From the human T2T-CHM13v2.0 reference genome, Homo sapiens: 64,000 nucleotides of DNA. The stretch lies in the NCBI RefSeq assembly GCF_009914755.1, contig NC_060928.1; one strand, written 5' to 3'. The position numbers and the translations under genes were made by a program. Position 1 is the stretch's first letter. The number at the start of each line of letters is the position of its first letter. Below, piece by piece: positions 30,678 to 45,160 of the stretch. The notes under the pieces were generated by a model, which ran no database searches, was not told where the DNA came from, and was given only the letters and a program-made list of their open reading frames with translations.

Positions 30678-30728
30678 AGAAACCAAACACAAGAGAAACC
30701 AAACACAAGAGAAACCAAACACAAGAGA
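30678..30728. repeat. 16-bp minisatellite AGAAACCAAACACAAG x3
   Basis: Three perfect tandem copies. Confidence 0.92.
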
Positions 30729-31359
30729 GTCATCACCAAGACAACCAGAATCGAGGGGCTTATTGGGACAGATACTAACAAGCTATGGAGTCAAAGCATG
30801 ACAGAAAAGCAATAGAATTATAGAGAAGGCAAATAACCTCCAAATTAGTAAATCAATCCGATGCAAAGATTCGCAAGCCCTTCATAATTCCAAGGTATTG
30901 CACTACTTAGAAAAGCGATAATGCAGAGCAAAGAATAGATGCAATAGTCAAAAACTAATAAGAGAAGAAACTATATCAGTAATAGTGGTGAAATTGCTAA
31001 AGGGCAATGAGTAGCAAAGAAAAGTATGGAGAAAAGAAATCTGAAGAAAGGTTGTCAAAAAGACGAGAGGACAAAACATTCTAATATGAAGCATTTGGGA
31101 AGCTTAGTTGAGGAGTGAAGGATGCTTAATCTGGGCAGCCACATTTCAGGAAAATTGATTAAAAGGCCACACTGCACATTCGTAGAAGGTTAGAATAGAC
31201 TCGGACTTTAAATAAATTGTATTTTTACCCTGGAACCATATGTAAAAATGAATTGCCTAGAAACATAAACATGTAAGTAGTCAGAAGTTAAAACACTAGA
31301 ATCCTCCTAATTTCTTCCTTACCCCATGCCCAAAGCAGCTTGTAAAATTAATTACACCC

Positions 31360-31817
31360 TGCATGAGTTTCTTAGGGCCATCATAACAAACTACCATGAA
31401 CTGAGGAGCTTCAAACAACAGAAATTTATTCTCTCACAGCTCTGGAGGCCTGAAGTCTGAGATTAAGAGTGCAAGGCTGCTCTCCCCTTAGATGCTCTGG
31501 CCGGGAATCTGTTTCTTTTCTCATCCAGCTTCTGGTGGCTACAGGCATTCCTTGGTTTACTGCTGTATCGCTGCAACCTGTGCCTGTGTGCTTAGATTTC
31601 CTTCTCTTCCTCTGTGTTTTCTCCTCTGTGTCTTTTATAAAGACACATGTGATTGCATTTAGGGCCCCCTCAGATTATCTGGCAAAAGTACCTCCTCTTA
31701 AATTCCTTAATCATATTTTTGCCATATTAGTTAATATCCTTTTGCTGTGTTTTGCAATATTTAGAAGTTCTGGGAATTGGGACATATCTTTTGGGGGAAC
31801 CATTATTCAACCCACAT
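31360..31817 (-). mobile_element. MaLR solo LTR, MLT1B/C-like
   Basis: CAACAGAAATTTATTCTCTCACAGCTCTGGAGGCCTGAAGTCTGAGAT; end GGACATATCTTTTGGGGGAACCATTATTCAACCCAC. Confidence 0.85.
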
Positions 31818-31945
31818 CATATCAGCTCTCTGAAAGAAATGTGTACATATATATATATGTGAATGTATATGTGTGTCCATTTATATATACGAATGTTGCT
31901 AGTGTAATGGAAGTAAAGTTACAATTTACAAATAAAAATGAAATA

Positions 31946-32623
31946 CAGTAGTTTCCCCCCTAACCATGGTTTTGCTTTTTGTTATTTCAGTTACCTGCAG
32001 TCAACTTTGGTCCAAAAATATGAAATGATAAATTCCAGAAATAATTCATAGTTGTTTTTTTTTATTTTTTTTATTTTTTTTATTTTTTTTGAGGCGGAGT
32101 CTCTCTCTGTCACCCAGGCTGGAGTGCAGTGACGCGATTTCGGCTCACTTCCAGCTCTGCCTCCCGGGTTCACGCCATTCTCCTGCCTCAGCCTCCTGAG
32201 TAGCTGGGACTACAGGTGCCCGCCATGACGCCTGGCTAATTTTTTTTGTATTTTTAGTAGAGACGGGGTTTCACCATATTAGCCAGGATGGTCTCGATCT
32301 CCTGACCTCGTGATCCGCCCGCCTCAGCCTCCCAAAGTGCTGGGATTACAGGCATAAGCCACCGCGCCCGGCCAATAATTCATAGTTTTAAACTGTGTGT
32401 CACTCTAAGAAGTGTGATGAAACTTCGTGCAGTCATGCTCTGTTCTGCCCAGGATGTGAATAATCCCTTTGTCCAGGGTATTTATGCTGTATATACTACC
32501 CTATTAGTTACTTAGTAGCTCTATTGGTTATCAGATCATAAAAACATAGTACATATAGGGTTAGGTATAGGCATCCACTGGGGACCTTGGAACGTATCCC
32601 ATAAAAATGAGAGCAGATTATTG
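31946..32623 (+). mobile_element. MER44A (Tigger7-derived) interrupted by AluY
   Basis: TA|CAGTAGTTTCCCCCC ... GGCATCCACTGGGGACCTTGGAACGTATCCC...ATTATTG|TA. Confidence 0.88.
32054..32373 (-). mobile_element. AluY, full length
   Basis: AluY diagnostics CACGCCATTCTCC and TTAGCCAGGATGGTCTCGATCTCCTGACCTCGTGATCC; CpG-rich; perfect 14-bp TSD AATAATTCATAGTT at 32040-32053 and 32374-32387. Confidence 0.97.
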
Positions 32624-32625
32624 TA

Positions 32626-33388
32626 TATAACACTTTTTATTGTAAATTCTCTATCAATTGATTCTTATGGTATGCTTTCAATTTTTGCTTAACCCCTGTA
32701 TCCATAGTAAAACTATGGTTTCAATTGGCAAACATGTATTTCTGACAGGAATGTTGATTGACAGTTTAGTTTCTATTAATGAGTAAAATGAAGAATAAAT
32801 AATGAAGACAAATGTTGGAATTGCTCTCATTCACCATTGCAGTAAGCAAATTTTTGCTGCATTGAATAATAGTTTTTGAATACTAAAAAGACCTTTCTTC
32901 AGTTTTGGGGGCTAGTCACAAGGTAGCAGCTACAGATAGAAAAGAATGAAATTTAGTCTACATCGTTAACATTTTCTCTATCACCCAGACAATAAACACA
33001 ACAATAAGTCAAGTACTGATTTGTAGCATTTGCTGATTTCTTTGGTGTAAATATTCCCACCATGGCTGAATTCAAGCTACCGACATAAAACTGCTAAATG
33101 CAGTGTTGGAAAGAGATGTTCAGTAACACATAATTATACAGTATTTCCACCATAAGGACAGTATAAAGTGACTAACCCAAGAGCATAAATAAAAGTAAAA
33201 TATAATAAAATATTAGGAAGGGGTAAACATTGACATTTATTTTCTTTGTTGTCAATAGAGTTTTTACATTTCAAGTTTACATAATTTAATTTTTAGAAAT
33301 GGCTATGTTTAACAAATGGCTTGCAAAGTTTCTGAGAATTTAAGTTGGCTTTAACAAGTAACGAAGAGCTAGTTCCAACAAGCTGCTA
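32626..33388 (-). mobile_element. MER63C/D-like hAT-Blackjack element
   Basis: TGATTTGTAGCATTTGCTGATTTC..GGTGTAAATATTCCCACCATGGC..TTCAAGCTACC; end GAGCTAGTTCCAACA. Confidence 0.6.
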
Positions 33389-33744
33389 CATGATACGATG
33401 ATGAAGAATTAGAAGAAACATTTTTTAAGCCTTCACATCAGTTACACAAAATTAATGATAGGTGAGCACTCCTAGTCAGAACAAATGCATTTTAAAGTCT
33501 CCAGTCTTTTCCGGAACTATTGCTAGAACTCCTAATCAGATCTGGCTCCAAAGAAAAACACCAAGTTTTATGTTAAAGGTCTCAATAATTCAGTTATAAT
33601 GAGCAGAACAGGAAGCCAAATTTCCTGCTCTACATTTCAAAAAGTTTCAGCTGTTCCTACTGATGGGTCTCCAGGTAGATTTCATTTAAGAATGAGCTTA
33701 CTGATGAGTTCTAATTATGCCTAATTTCATATTCACCAACTAAT

Positions 33745-33850
33745 TCACACTTTGCTGTGTGACATTAGGCCAGTCACTTCCTTTTTCCGGCAATTTCTTA
33801 ATCTGCAAAATGTGGATGTCTTACCTCACAAGGGTACAGTAAGCTAAAAC
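33745..33850 (+). mobile_element. MIR core fragment
   Basis: GCTGTGTGACATTAGGCCAGTCACTT...ATCTGCAAAATG...TACCTCACAAGG. Confidence 0.55.
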
Positions 33851-34999
33851 AAATTAAAAACATTACATATCTAAAATGCAACTACACCATTAAAAACAGT
33901 AATTAAGAAAATTAGTGAGAAACTATGACAACTCCTTTGGAATGATGCCATTAATTTTTAAATAAGGAAAAGAGAAAATATAAAGGAGGAGGCTCATCAT
34001 GATCTTTTATAATCTCTCTTTTGGGAGAAAGGAATCAGGCAACAGCTACTTTCTCTCAGAGAAAAAGAGAGAGAAGCATGTGACCCCAGTCTGTTTCTAT
34101 TATGCTAGCATCTGCAATCATTAGGTTCAAGTGGCATTTTTAAAAATTATTCTCTGCAAAAGAGTCTCAAGGAAACAATAATTATCATTTAATGGGATTC
34201 ATGGTGGCACAATAAATATCACTGCTCTTCTCCACCTGAGTTCTAACCCAATTGAGAAAGGCAGATGGGCACCAAAATATCATCTTTATTACTGATAGCA
34301 GAGGATGTGGCTTTTATCAGCAGGTAAGTGGGCTTTCTGATAATGGACATCACAATAAAATTGCCTTACCTATGATGTCAAAGGCAAAAGGGGACCACTG
34401 CACACTTGTATCGTGGAATGAGGCCCTTATAATTTACAGCCTGGGGGATTGAGATAGGAGACTTCTCAATTCCAGAAGAAGGCTGCCCAAGAGACAGAGA
34501 TTAAGGGGCCAGCTCCCTTTTACCCATTTTTTCTTTTAAACTCTCCCATCACATAAGTCCCTCTTCTTCACTGGGGCATAAAAGGGTGATGAGGCAGAGA
34601 ATGTCCCAGAATGTCATGATAATAGATCCCTCTTTACATGGAAGGAAATTTCAGGAGTTTCTTCCCAACCTTACCCCATCATCATTCAAAATGTTTGGTG
34701 TAAGAAAAGAGAGAGAGAGGTAGAAGTTTTTCATAGGTGCATTATTGCCAGCAAAGAATATGGGATCAAGGAAAGGGACACTGCTCTTCAGTTCACCCCT
34801 AAGCAGCCAGGCTCAGTACTAGGTGCTCAGACAAGCTGAACAGTATAAGTTCTCACAGCCAACCGTGTTGTATTCCTAGACCATTTGCTCTTCGAAAGCA
34901 GAGATTATAGCTTAATAACTACTTAAAAAGGTACAGTTTAATGATAGCCTTGCACATTCTAAACAATAGTAAATATTTACAGAAGAAAGGAAATAAATA

Positions 35000-35075
35000 C
35001 AGAAGAGAAGAAGAAAGAAAGAAAAAGAAAGAGGATGGAAGGAAGGAAGGAAGGAAGGAAGGAAGGAAGGAAGGA
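35000..35075. repeat. Purine-rich (GAAG)n tract
   Basis: Directly visible. Confidence 0.9.
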
Positions 35076-35078
35076 GCG

Positions 35079-35634
<556 letters not shown>

Positions 35635-36921
35635 TTACATCGCCTCCATGTTAGTGTTGTAACTGGGCTTTATGTCTACTGGAATGTTGCTACACAGCTA
35701 GGAAGAATGTATGCTTGAATGCTCACATCCTTATTAAGAGCGTTAAGTCTCTTTAAGGGCAATGTGCTCAGTGTTCCCCCTAGCTCAGATATTGTAGTGG
35801 CTACTTGCTGAGATGATACGTAATCTCTTAGGTCTTCAAGCCAGACTGGGGAAAGCAAAATAAATGGCATCTAATACATAATGGTGCTTATAATCATACT
35901 TAAGATCAGCATGTTCTTCCATAAATAACAGTGTTACTAAAAGCTTATATTAGCATATTTTAGGCATTCCCTCTAAACACAATTGCAAGGTTAGGGTTGT
36001 CATTCTTTTGCTCTTAAAGTTTATTCTTGTAACACTGACAAACATTGATAGATGAGATTAATCCTTTAACTCATACATTCAAAAGATGATTTTTCATTAT
36101 GTTCATGGCTGTATAAGCATACAATAAGTATTAAGAAATCACAGGCAATACATTGGTTAAAAAATTCAGGAAAGAATTGAAAGTGATCATGGGGTTCAAG
36201 TGGGTTTTTTGCTGTTCACATTTTTCTGGGATTTAGGGTTTCTATTTAAAAAGAAAAACTAAGCTCTCAGTGTGTACACTGAGCTATTTAAAAACTAAGG
36301 TGAAATTTCAAAGTGCTTTAATTACAGGAACAAATACTGAGTCATCTTTTAAACTTCTATATTCAGTAAATGTGAATCTCTCTTTTTCTGAAGATTTCCA
36401 TTTAAAGATGCTACTGGCCTGTATTTTAGAGCCACCTACTGTACTGAGGGCTAAGGCAGAGGATGGCTGTCCTCTGGGTCTCACTTACTGCATTTTATTC
36501 ATAAGGATGACAGCAACTGGCCACATAAAAACAGGCCTGGATCAAGTGACTGCTTCATATCTTTTTTGGACTTAAATATCATGATCTATGATTATGTAAA
36601 AAACTTGCAATTTCAGGCAACTGGTGTCCAATGTAGTTAAGTTGCAAAATTGCTGTTATCATCCAGCAGCTCTTGTGCACCCACCGCAGCTCCTGGCACT
36701 GAGTTATCTTCCTCTGACTCAGAAGTGTCAGCTGCATCAGTGCCTGCAGCAGTGATGGGAAGGATTATACCTCAATTAAGCCTGATTCCCCGACTCCAGT
36801 CAAGCCAGTCTCCTTCAGTGCCAGGAACACTCCACAATCAGGATTTCATTCCAATTTGCTTTTACAACACTTATTCAAATCCAATATTCAAATCCAAATT
36901 CAGTCTTTATATCCCCTTCCT

Positions 36922-37425
36922 CAGTATGAGTTTTCTATTACTGGCTTTACTAATTATCACAAATATAGTAGTTCCAAACACCACAAATCTATTATGTTAC
37001 TGTTCCTAAGGTAAGAAATCCTACATGGGTCTCTGGGTGAAAGTCAAGGCATCAGCAGGGCTGTGTTCCTGTATGGAAGCTCTAGAGGAGAATCAATTTC
37101 CCTGCCTAGTGGCTGTCCACACTCCTTGGCTTGGCCCCTTTCTTACCATCTTTAAAGCCAGCCTCACCAAATCTCTACTCTTTCTTTCATAGTCACCCCT
37201 CCCTCTAACCACATCTGGGAAATGTTCTCTATTTTTAGGGACCCAGATGATTAGATTAAGCCCTCCAAAATAATGGAGGATGATCTTCCCATCTCAAGGT
37301 CCATCCCAGTAATCACATCTTCAAAGCCCCCTACGCCATGTAAGGTGGCATATTCACAGGTGTCAGGGCTTGGAAGAGACTTATTATAGAGTGTGTGGGG
37401 GTGAAGCATTATTCTGCTTGCCACC
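36922..37425 (-). mobile_element. MaLR solo LTR, MLT1D-like
   Basis: AAGTCAAGGCATCAGCAGGGCTGTGTTCC..GCTCTAGAGGAGAATC; TAATCACATCT..CCATGTAAGGTGGCATATTCACAGG; end CATTATTCTGCTTGCCAC. Confidence 0.82.
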
Positions 37426-38579
37426 TCCTTTGTGAAACTTCCCATAGTCAGTCCAACTTTCACTTATTAAACTGTGTCTTGCAGTATTGGAATCCATGTG
37501 TCCAATAATTTAGCAATTCATTATTTCAGACTTTTAAATACTTGATTGCTTCAAATGTGTTTTGGTAATGATAAACTTTCTGAATGCAGAGTTCCTGCTT
37601 AAGGTGACCTGTGTCTTCTTGCTTTATCTCTATCATGTTTACAGTGCTGAGCATTCAACAGTTAGCAGATTTCTTAGATATTTCTTTGAAAGTGAAAAAC
37701 ATTTTGTAGTTTATAAGGCACTTTAAGTTATATATTTTTTAAAACCCTAATTGAATACCAAAAAATGAACACAAGGAAGATGAAGTAAGCACCTTAGGTA
37801 ACCCCACAATAAATCAGCGCACTTTAATCACCTCAAGTTAAAAGCCTCATAAGTAATAATCTTTCAGTCCTCATTAGATAACAGACAAGGAAATGTATTT
37901 AGGTATATAATTCCCATGATTTACCAGTATGAAGATCTACCATTTTCATAAACCAGTATTATATGCCATTATAATAAAATTTTTTAATGAGAGAATATGA
38001 AAAATATTTAAATATCAAGGGGTACTATGGTTTTGCATTATGATATTTGCTCCTTTACATCCTTATTGTGTGTATTGCTGAGATTTAACAACAAGTGGTT
38101 AGGTCAAGGTAGTTTTTAGCAGTGGAATCTTGCTAAATTCTCCCCATTCCTGGCCAATGTTGTAAGGCTACCCAGGAAACTTTCCATCAGCCGCAACTGA
38201 GGATACTTTGGTCCTGTCCAACTTTGTCACTAAAATCTGACTGATATTAAGAATTTTCTGGATCAATGTTTAAATAGAATTGAGGGTAATCAATAATTCT
38301 CAAGAGCAGTTTATTGCTGAGATAAAACTTGTAAACAAGTAAACAAAGCAAATATTGCTTCTAAGTGCCCACAGTGAAAAAGATGATATAATCAATGTTT
38401 TAAGTGATCTGGTAAATGAAGGTTGTTATGATGATCTCAGTTGACTTGAGGACAAAAAAAAATCTCATTCAATTAAAAAATGATAAAGTTGTCTTTACAC
38501 ATACACAGCCCGAATTTAAAATGTTACATTATGCTGAATCAATTAATATTCACATTTAATTTAGGAAATGGCTTACATA

Positions 38580-39070
38580 ATAAAATAGAATGAAATTCTG
38601 TCATTTGCAGCAACATGGTTAGAACTGGAGATCATTATGTTAAGTAAAATAAGCCAGTCACAAAAAGACAAATATCACATGTTCTCACTCATATGTGGGA
38701 GCTAAGTTGATCCCATGGAGGTAGAGAGTAGAATAGTGGTTACCAGAGGCTGGGGAGTTTGTGTGTACAGGGGAGATGGTATCAGGAGATGAAGAGAGGT
38801 AGACTAATAAGTACAAACATACAGTTAGATAGAAGAGATAAGTTATAGTATTTGATAACATAGCAGGGTGACTGTAGTTAACAACGCTATATTGTTTATT
38901 TCAGTGTAGCTCAGGAAAAGATTTGAAATATTCCCAATACAAAAGAAATGATACACGTTCAAGGTGATGAATATCCTAAATACCCTGACTTGATTGATCA
39001 TTATGCATTTTATGCATGTATCAAAATATCACATGACCCCAGACATATATATAAATATTATGCAATAAAA
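38580..39070 (+). mobile_element. L1MA-type 3' end
   Basis: GAAATTCTGTCATTTGCAGCAACATGG..CACATGTTCTCACTCATATGTGGGAGCTAA..AAATACCCTGACTTGAT. Confidence 0.88.
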
Positions 39071-39259
39071 CCCATAATATCTGAGAAGTGCAATAAAGCA
39101 CAAGGCAAGGAGGTATGCCTGTAAAAAATTAATAATAATTTATGAAATAGCTTAAATTGAAACCCAATAAAATTAACCACAGAAATTCTATTTCACATAA
39201 TTCTCCAACAGGAATAAAGTTTCAATCAATGAAACAAGAGTGAACATTCACATGCTAAA

Positions 39260-41225
39260 ATATAAATCTAGACACTGACCTCATACCTTTCACAAAAATT
39301 TACTCAAAATGAATCAGACACCTAAAGGTAAACTTAAAAACTATAAAACAGTGGCCCCCAACCTTCTTGGCATCAGGGACTGGTTTTGTGGAAGACAATA
39401 TTTTCACAGACGGGGTGGAGGGCGGATGGTCTCAGGATAATCCGAGTGCATTACATTTAGTGTGCACTTTATTTCTATTATTATTACATTATAATACATA
39501 ATGAAATAATTACACAACTCACTGTAATGTAGAATCTGTGGGGACCCTGCGCTTGTTTCCCTGCAATTAGATCATCCCTTATGAGGGTGATGGGAGACAG
39601 TGACAGATCATGAGGCATTAGATTCTCAAAAGAAGCTTGCAAACTAGATCCCTTACATGTGCAATTCACAATAGAATCTAACGTCGCTATTGATCTGACA
39701 GGAGCTGCCGCTCAGGCACTAATGTGAGTGATGAGAAGCAGCTGTAAATACAGATGAAGCTTTCCCCTCTTGCCAGCCACTGACCTCCTGCTGTGCAGCC
39801 TTGTTCCTAACAGGCCTCAGAATGGTACTTGTCCGTGGCCTGGGGGTTGGGACTCCTGCTATAAAACTTCTGGGTGATAACATAGGAGAAAATATAGGTG
39901 ACCTTGAGTTTGGTGATGATTTCTTAGATATAATACCAAAGGCAGTATCCATGAATTTTTTAAAAATTGATAAATTGGACTTCTTTAAAATAAAAATCTT
40001 CCACTCTGCAAAATACAGTTTTCAGAAAATGAAAAGACAAGACACAGACTGGGAAAAAATATTTTCAAACCACACATCACACATCTGACAAAGGACTAAT
40101 ATTCAAAATATACAAAGAGTCCTTAAAATTCAACAGTAAGACATCAAACAACCCAATTTACCTTCAATTTGAACGTAGGTAAAAGATCTGAACAGACACT
40201 TTACCAAAGAAAACATACAGATGGCAAAGAGGTCTGTGAAAAGATTTGCAATATCATGTATCATTAAGAAACTTCATATTAAAACAACGAGATACCACTA
40301 CACATTTACTAAAATGGCTAAAATCTGAAACACGGACAAACCACATCCTGGGTGAGATTATGGAGAAGCAGGAATTCTCATTCATTGTTTGTGGGAATGC
40401 AAATGATTCAGCCACTTTGCAGAACACTTTCATAGTTTCTTATGTCTCTTAGATATTTACCTAAATGAGGTGAATATTTATGTACACACACACACACAAA
40501 AAAAAAAAAACCTGCACACGAGTTGTTTATAGCAACTTTATTCACACTTGCCAAAACTTGGAAGCAACCAAGACGTCTTTCAGTAGGTGATCGGGTAAAT
40601 AAACTCTTCTACATCCAGACAATAGAATATTGTTCAGTGATGAAAAGAAATTAGCTATCAAATGATAAAAATAATTGGAAGAAACTTTAATGTATATAAC
40701 TAAGTAAAAGAAGACTTACTGAGAAGACTACATACTATATGACTGCAACTATGCAATATTCTGAAAAAGAAAAAACTGTAGAGACATTAAAAGACTCAGT
40801 GGTTGCCCAGGGTTGGAAAGGGAGGAGTGATGAATAAATAGTACATGTGGGATTTTTAGGGTCATAAAGCTATTCTCTATGATACTGTAATAGTGGATAT
40901 TACAGATTATTCTGTACTGTTCCATATTATTATAGATATGGATACAATGATGAACCTTATGCATTTAGAAAAACAATAGAACTATACAACACAAAGACTG
41001 AACTCTAATGTAAACTGCGGACTTTAGTTAATAATAATGTATCTACACTGGTTTATCAGTTGTAATAAATGTTATCAGTTGTAACCACATATATGGAGAG
41101 GTGTGTAATTGAGGAAACTGGATGAGAGGGTGAGAGAAGAGAAAATATATGAAAACTCCCTGTAATTTCTGTTCAAATTTTCTTCAGACTTAACAGTGAT
41201 TAAGAAATAATAGCTATTACTTTTA
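39260..41225 (+). mobile_element. L1MC-type 3' fragment interrupted by MER1A
   Basis: ORF2 remnant (KLLGDNIGENIGDLEFGDDFL..KRQDTDWEKIF); AAAACTTGGAAGCAACCAAGA; GGACTTTAGTTAATAATAATGTATC. Confidence 0.82.
39349..39858 (+). mobile_element. MER1A hAT-Charlie element
   Basis: TIRs CAGTGGCCCCCAACC / GGTTGGGACTCCTG; perfect 8-bp TSD CTATAAAA at 39341-39348 and 39859-39866. Confidence 0.92.
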
Positions 41226-41904
41226 AGAAGGCAACATCAAGTTATAAGTTACAGCAAATAAAAAGCTTTTTATTTTAGAAGAAAAAATGTTAATCATAAA
41301 GCATTGAATGTATTTCTTTTATAGCCCTTATTACACATATGCATACCTTACTAGGAAATACAACTGTAGAACACTTCAGCTCATAAACCTAACAGAACAG
41401 GAACCATGGGGTAAAGAAGAAATAAACACAACTATAATTCTATGAATGATATCTTTAAAAAGAAATATATTTATATGCCAGAATTCCTATACACCGTAAA
41501 AATGTATTATTTTTTAACCCCTAAGAGAAACATAAAAGTAGAATGGCGAGAAAATATAATATTTAGATTGTTAATAGAAAAATAAATCTACACTGTGTGT
41601 GATGAACTGAACTGAAGTGAGTTCAGGGAAAGGTTTTCAGAATTTCCAACGGTTCTCTAGAGAGAGTAGGAATGCTATTTATTCTCCCCTTGCTGCATCC
41701 TCACTCTGGGAAGAAGGAGTCTCTTCGTTCTTCACTCAGACTGGAGAGAAGAAAAAAGAGTTTTGTGAGCTATTCTCTCAGAAGTAACTGCAAAATGATA
41801 TTGACCATCTCCAAAGGGAAATGAGCCAGTGTGGTGAGACTTGTAAATTTTTTGACTTCCTCTTGCCTGTTAATATTATTTCTACAAATAAAAATGGTTG
41901 AACT

Positions 41905-42460
41905 ATTTCATTCATTTGTTCATTTATTCATTCATTGAGTAAATAGCATTGGAGTTCCTACTATCCATTCTAGAAACTGGCAGTAGAGCAGTGATCAAAA
42001 TGCACTATGCCCTTGCTCTCACCAAGCATCTGTACTTACAGGAAAAGGCAGAAAATAAGACATGTAAACAAATATATGTTATGAGGCTTTTGATTAGTGG
42101 AAATGTTATAAATAAAATAAAACAAGGTAATGTAGTAGTATCAGCAAAGGCAGGGTGTGGCTGAAGAAAGAGTAGACAACAAAAGACTCTGAGATGATAT
42201 TTAAGTTGAGAACTAAATTACACAATTTATTACATGAACATTGATTGAGTAATATTACATACTGGACACTGCTCTAAGAAATCGAATTTCTACCTTCATG
42301 GAGCTTACAATTTAGTGGGGAGGAGGAAGAAACAGAAAATACATAAGTAAGCAGATAGATTGATAGCATAATTTCAAATAGGTGATGAATGCTATTTGAA
42401 AAAAATAAGACAGTGTAGGGAGATCTAGAGTGAGATTATGTACATTTTAAATTTTGAACA
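41905..42460 (-). mobile_element. L2 3' fragments (two adjacent pieces)
   Basis: (TTCA)n tail, CCCTTGCTCTCACCAAGC, CCTTCATGGAGCTTACAATTTAGTGGGG. Confidence 0.6.
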
Positions 42461-42469
42461 ATAATTTGT

Positions 42470-42847
42470 TGTATTAGTTCATTCTTACACCACTAGAAAG
42501 AAATGCCCATGACTGGGTAATTTATAAAGGAAAGAGGTTTAATTGACTCAGTTCCACATGGCTGGGGAGGCCTCCCTTAGGAAACTTACAATCATGACCT
42601 AAGGCACCTCTTCACAGGGCAGCAGGAGAGAGAGTGAGTGTGAACAGGGGAAATGCCAGAAGCTTATAAAACCATCAGATCTTGTAAAAACTCACTCACT
42701 ATCATGGGAACAGCATGGGGGAAACTGCCCCCATGATTCAAACTGCCCCCATGATTCAAGGACTGGGTCCCTCCCATGACACCTGCGAATTATGGGGACT
42801 ACAATTCAAGATGAGATTTTGGGCAGGGACACAGCCAAACCATATCA
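42470..42847 (-). mobile_element. THE1C/D MaLR solo LTR
   Basis: TGTATTAG...GACTGGGTAATTTATAAAGGAAAGAGGTTTAATTGACTCA...ACACAGCCAAACCATATCA; 5-bp TSD TTTGT at 42465-42469 and 42848-42852; internal 18-bp duplication 42722-42759. Confidence 0.93.
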
Positions 42848-43789
42848 TTTGTAATCTGCAGAAAGTGTCCTATACCCCACCAGCACTACTTCAGAATCAA
42901 TATTTCCATATATACTGGCCAAGTCACTACATTATCAAAATCTTTGCTCATTGCTAGTCTGACATATGAAAGTGTGATGTCACTGTGGTTTTAATTTGTA
43001 TTCTTCTATTTATGCTTTGTTTTCAACTACCTTATGTCTTTTATGGTTTTCAAAGTCTGTAGTCATTAATAATTACTAACATAGTTTTTTTAAGTCAACT
43101 ATATTATCACCAATTAATTTTGGAAATCTACTCCTTCCTTTGGTGTTTCTTTTTCTTTTTCTTTTCTGAAATAAAGCTTTTACTATATCTTTCAATGAAA
43201 ATCTGTGTATGTATCAGAAGATTTTTACTCTGCCCTCCCCCATGAATGATTAATTTTTTTTCTAATAACCTTTGAATACATGATCCCTTCCATTATTTTC
43301 TGGCATCTGCTTCTGGCAATGATATATCTGCTTTTTATCTCATTGTTGGTTTTGAAGGTAATATATTCTCTCTGGTAACTTTCAGATTTATTTTTGTCTT
43401 TGGGGTTCTTTAACTTAATTGAAATATGTATAAATGTGAATTTATTTTTATATCCTGCTCAAGACTTTGCTTGTTCCTCCAATTTGAAAATATCTGCTTC
43501 ATTGCCTATTGAAATATTAATACCTCTTATCTCAAAGAATGGGCTTCTTTACTTGGTTTTGAGAACAGAATAAGGGGGTTGGTTGTTCATATTTTGTGGG
43601 GAATAAGGTGATTGATAAGAAGATGAGATCCTAATCCACACACAGGCTTGCTGGAGAATTCTTAAAGACTTAACACTAGAAAGCTACTGAGACTAAATGG
43701 CAGGTGTTGCCTTAAGGAAGGAGAGCAGGGGGAAGCAATCAAGATCTGAGAATGAGGCGTTGGCTTCAAACAATATATTTTTTACATTT

Positions 43790-45160
43790 TAAATTATTTA
43801 ATTTTTTCTTCCAACTTTTATTTTAGGTTCAGAAGTACACCTGTAGGTTTCTTATATTGGTAAATTGTTTGCTGCTGGAGTTCATTGTAGAAATGTTTTT
43901 AACACACCAGTAGTGAGCTTAGCACCCAATAGGTAGCTCTTTGTTGTTGTTGTTGTTGTTGTTATTTGGTTTTTTTGAGATGAAGCTTCACTCTGTCACC
44001 CAGGCTGGAGTGCAGTGGCATGATCTTGGCTTATCGTAACGCCTGCCTCTTGGGTTCAAGCAATTCTCCTGCCTCAGCCTTTCCAGTAGCTGGAAATACA
44101 GGCACAAGCCATTATGCCTGGCTGATTTTTTGTATTTTTAGTAGAGATGGGATTTCACCTTGTTGGCCAGGCTGGTCTCGAACTCCTGACCTCAAATGAT
44201 CCACCCACCTCAGCCTCCCAAAATGCTGGGATTACAGGCATGAGCCACTGCTTCCGGCCCCAGTAGGTAGTTTTCTTGATCCTTACTCTACTCCCACCCT
44301 GTACCCTTGAGTAGGCTCCCATGTCTATTGTTCCCCTCTTTGTGTCCATGTATGCTGACTATTTAGTTTCACTTATAAGTGAGAACATGTGGTATTTGGT
44401 TTTCTATTCCTGCATTAGATCAAATAGGATAACAGCCTCCAACTGCATCCACATTGCTGCAAAGGACATAATTTCATTCTTTCTTATGGCTGCTTAGTAT
44501 TCCATGGTGTATATGTACCATATTTTCTTTAACCACTCCACTGCTCATGGGCATCTATATTGATTCCTTGTCTTTGCTATTGTGAACAGTTCCAAGGAAC
44601 ATACACATGCATGTGTCTTTATGGTAGAATGACTTATATTCCTTTGGGTATATACCCATTAATGGGATTATTGAGTCAAATGGTAGTTCTATTTTAAGTT
44701 CTTTGAGAATTTTCCAAACTGCTTTTCACAGTGACTAAACTAATTTACATTTCCACCAGCAGTGTATAAGGATTTGTTTTTCTCTGCAACCTCACCAACA
44801 TCTATTATTTTTTGACTTTTTAATAACCATTATCACTTGTGTGAGATGGTGTCTCATTCTGTGTTTGATTTGCATTTCTCTAATGATTGGTGATGTTGAG
44901 CATTTTTCCATATACTTGTGGGCTGCGTGTATGTCTCCTTTTGAGAGGTGTTTTTTCATGTCCTTTGTCCATTTTAATGAGGTTGTTTGTCTTTTGCTTG
45001 TTGATTTAAGTTCCTTATAGCCTCTGGATATTAGACCTTTGTCTTATTCATAGTTTGTGACTCTTGCTCCCATTCTGTGGGTTGTCTGTTTAGTCTATTG
45101 ATAGTTTCATTTGCTGTTCAGATGCTCTTTAGTTTAATTAGGCCCTACTTATCAATTTTC
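43790..45160 (-). mobile_element. L1PA15/16- or L1PREC2-like 3' fragment interrupted by an Alu
   Basis: CCAACTTTTATTTTAGGTTCAG; CACTTATAAGTGAGAACATGTGGTATTTGG; CTCTTTAGTTTAATTAGG. Confidence 0.9.
43941..44259 (-). mobile_element. AluSx/Sz with (TTG)n tail
   Basis: Full dimer; imperfect TSD CCAATAGGTAG / CCAGTAGGTAG. Confidence 0.93.

Noticed and set aside
30678-30728. Short direct repeats here and at 8343, 21220 and 57347 as a CRISPR-like array
   Set aside because: Head-to-tail copies without unique spacers, in a primate repeat context with no cas genes.
31469-31951. 160-aa hydrophobic ORF
   Set aside because: Lies in an MLT1 LTR, starts at GTG and has no homology I can recognise.
36650-37009. 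119-aa Ser/Ala-rich ORF
   Set aside because: Non-ATG start, runs into an MLT1 LTR, no recognisable family.
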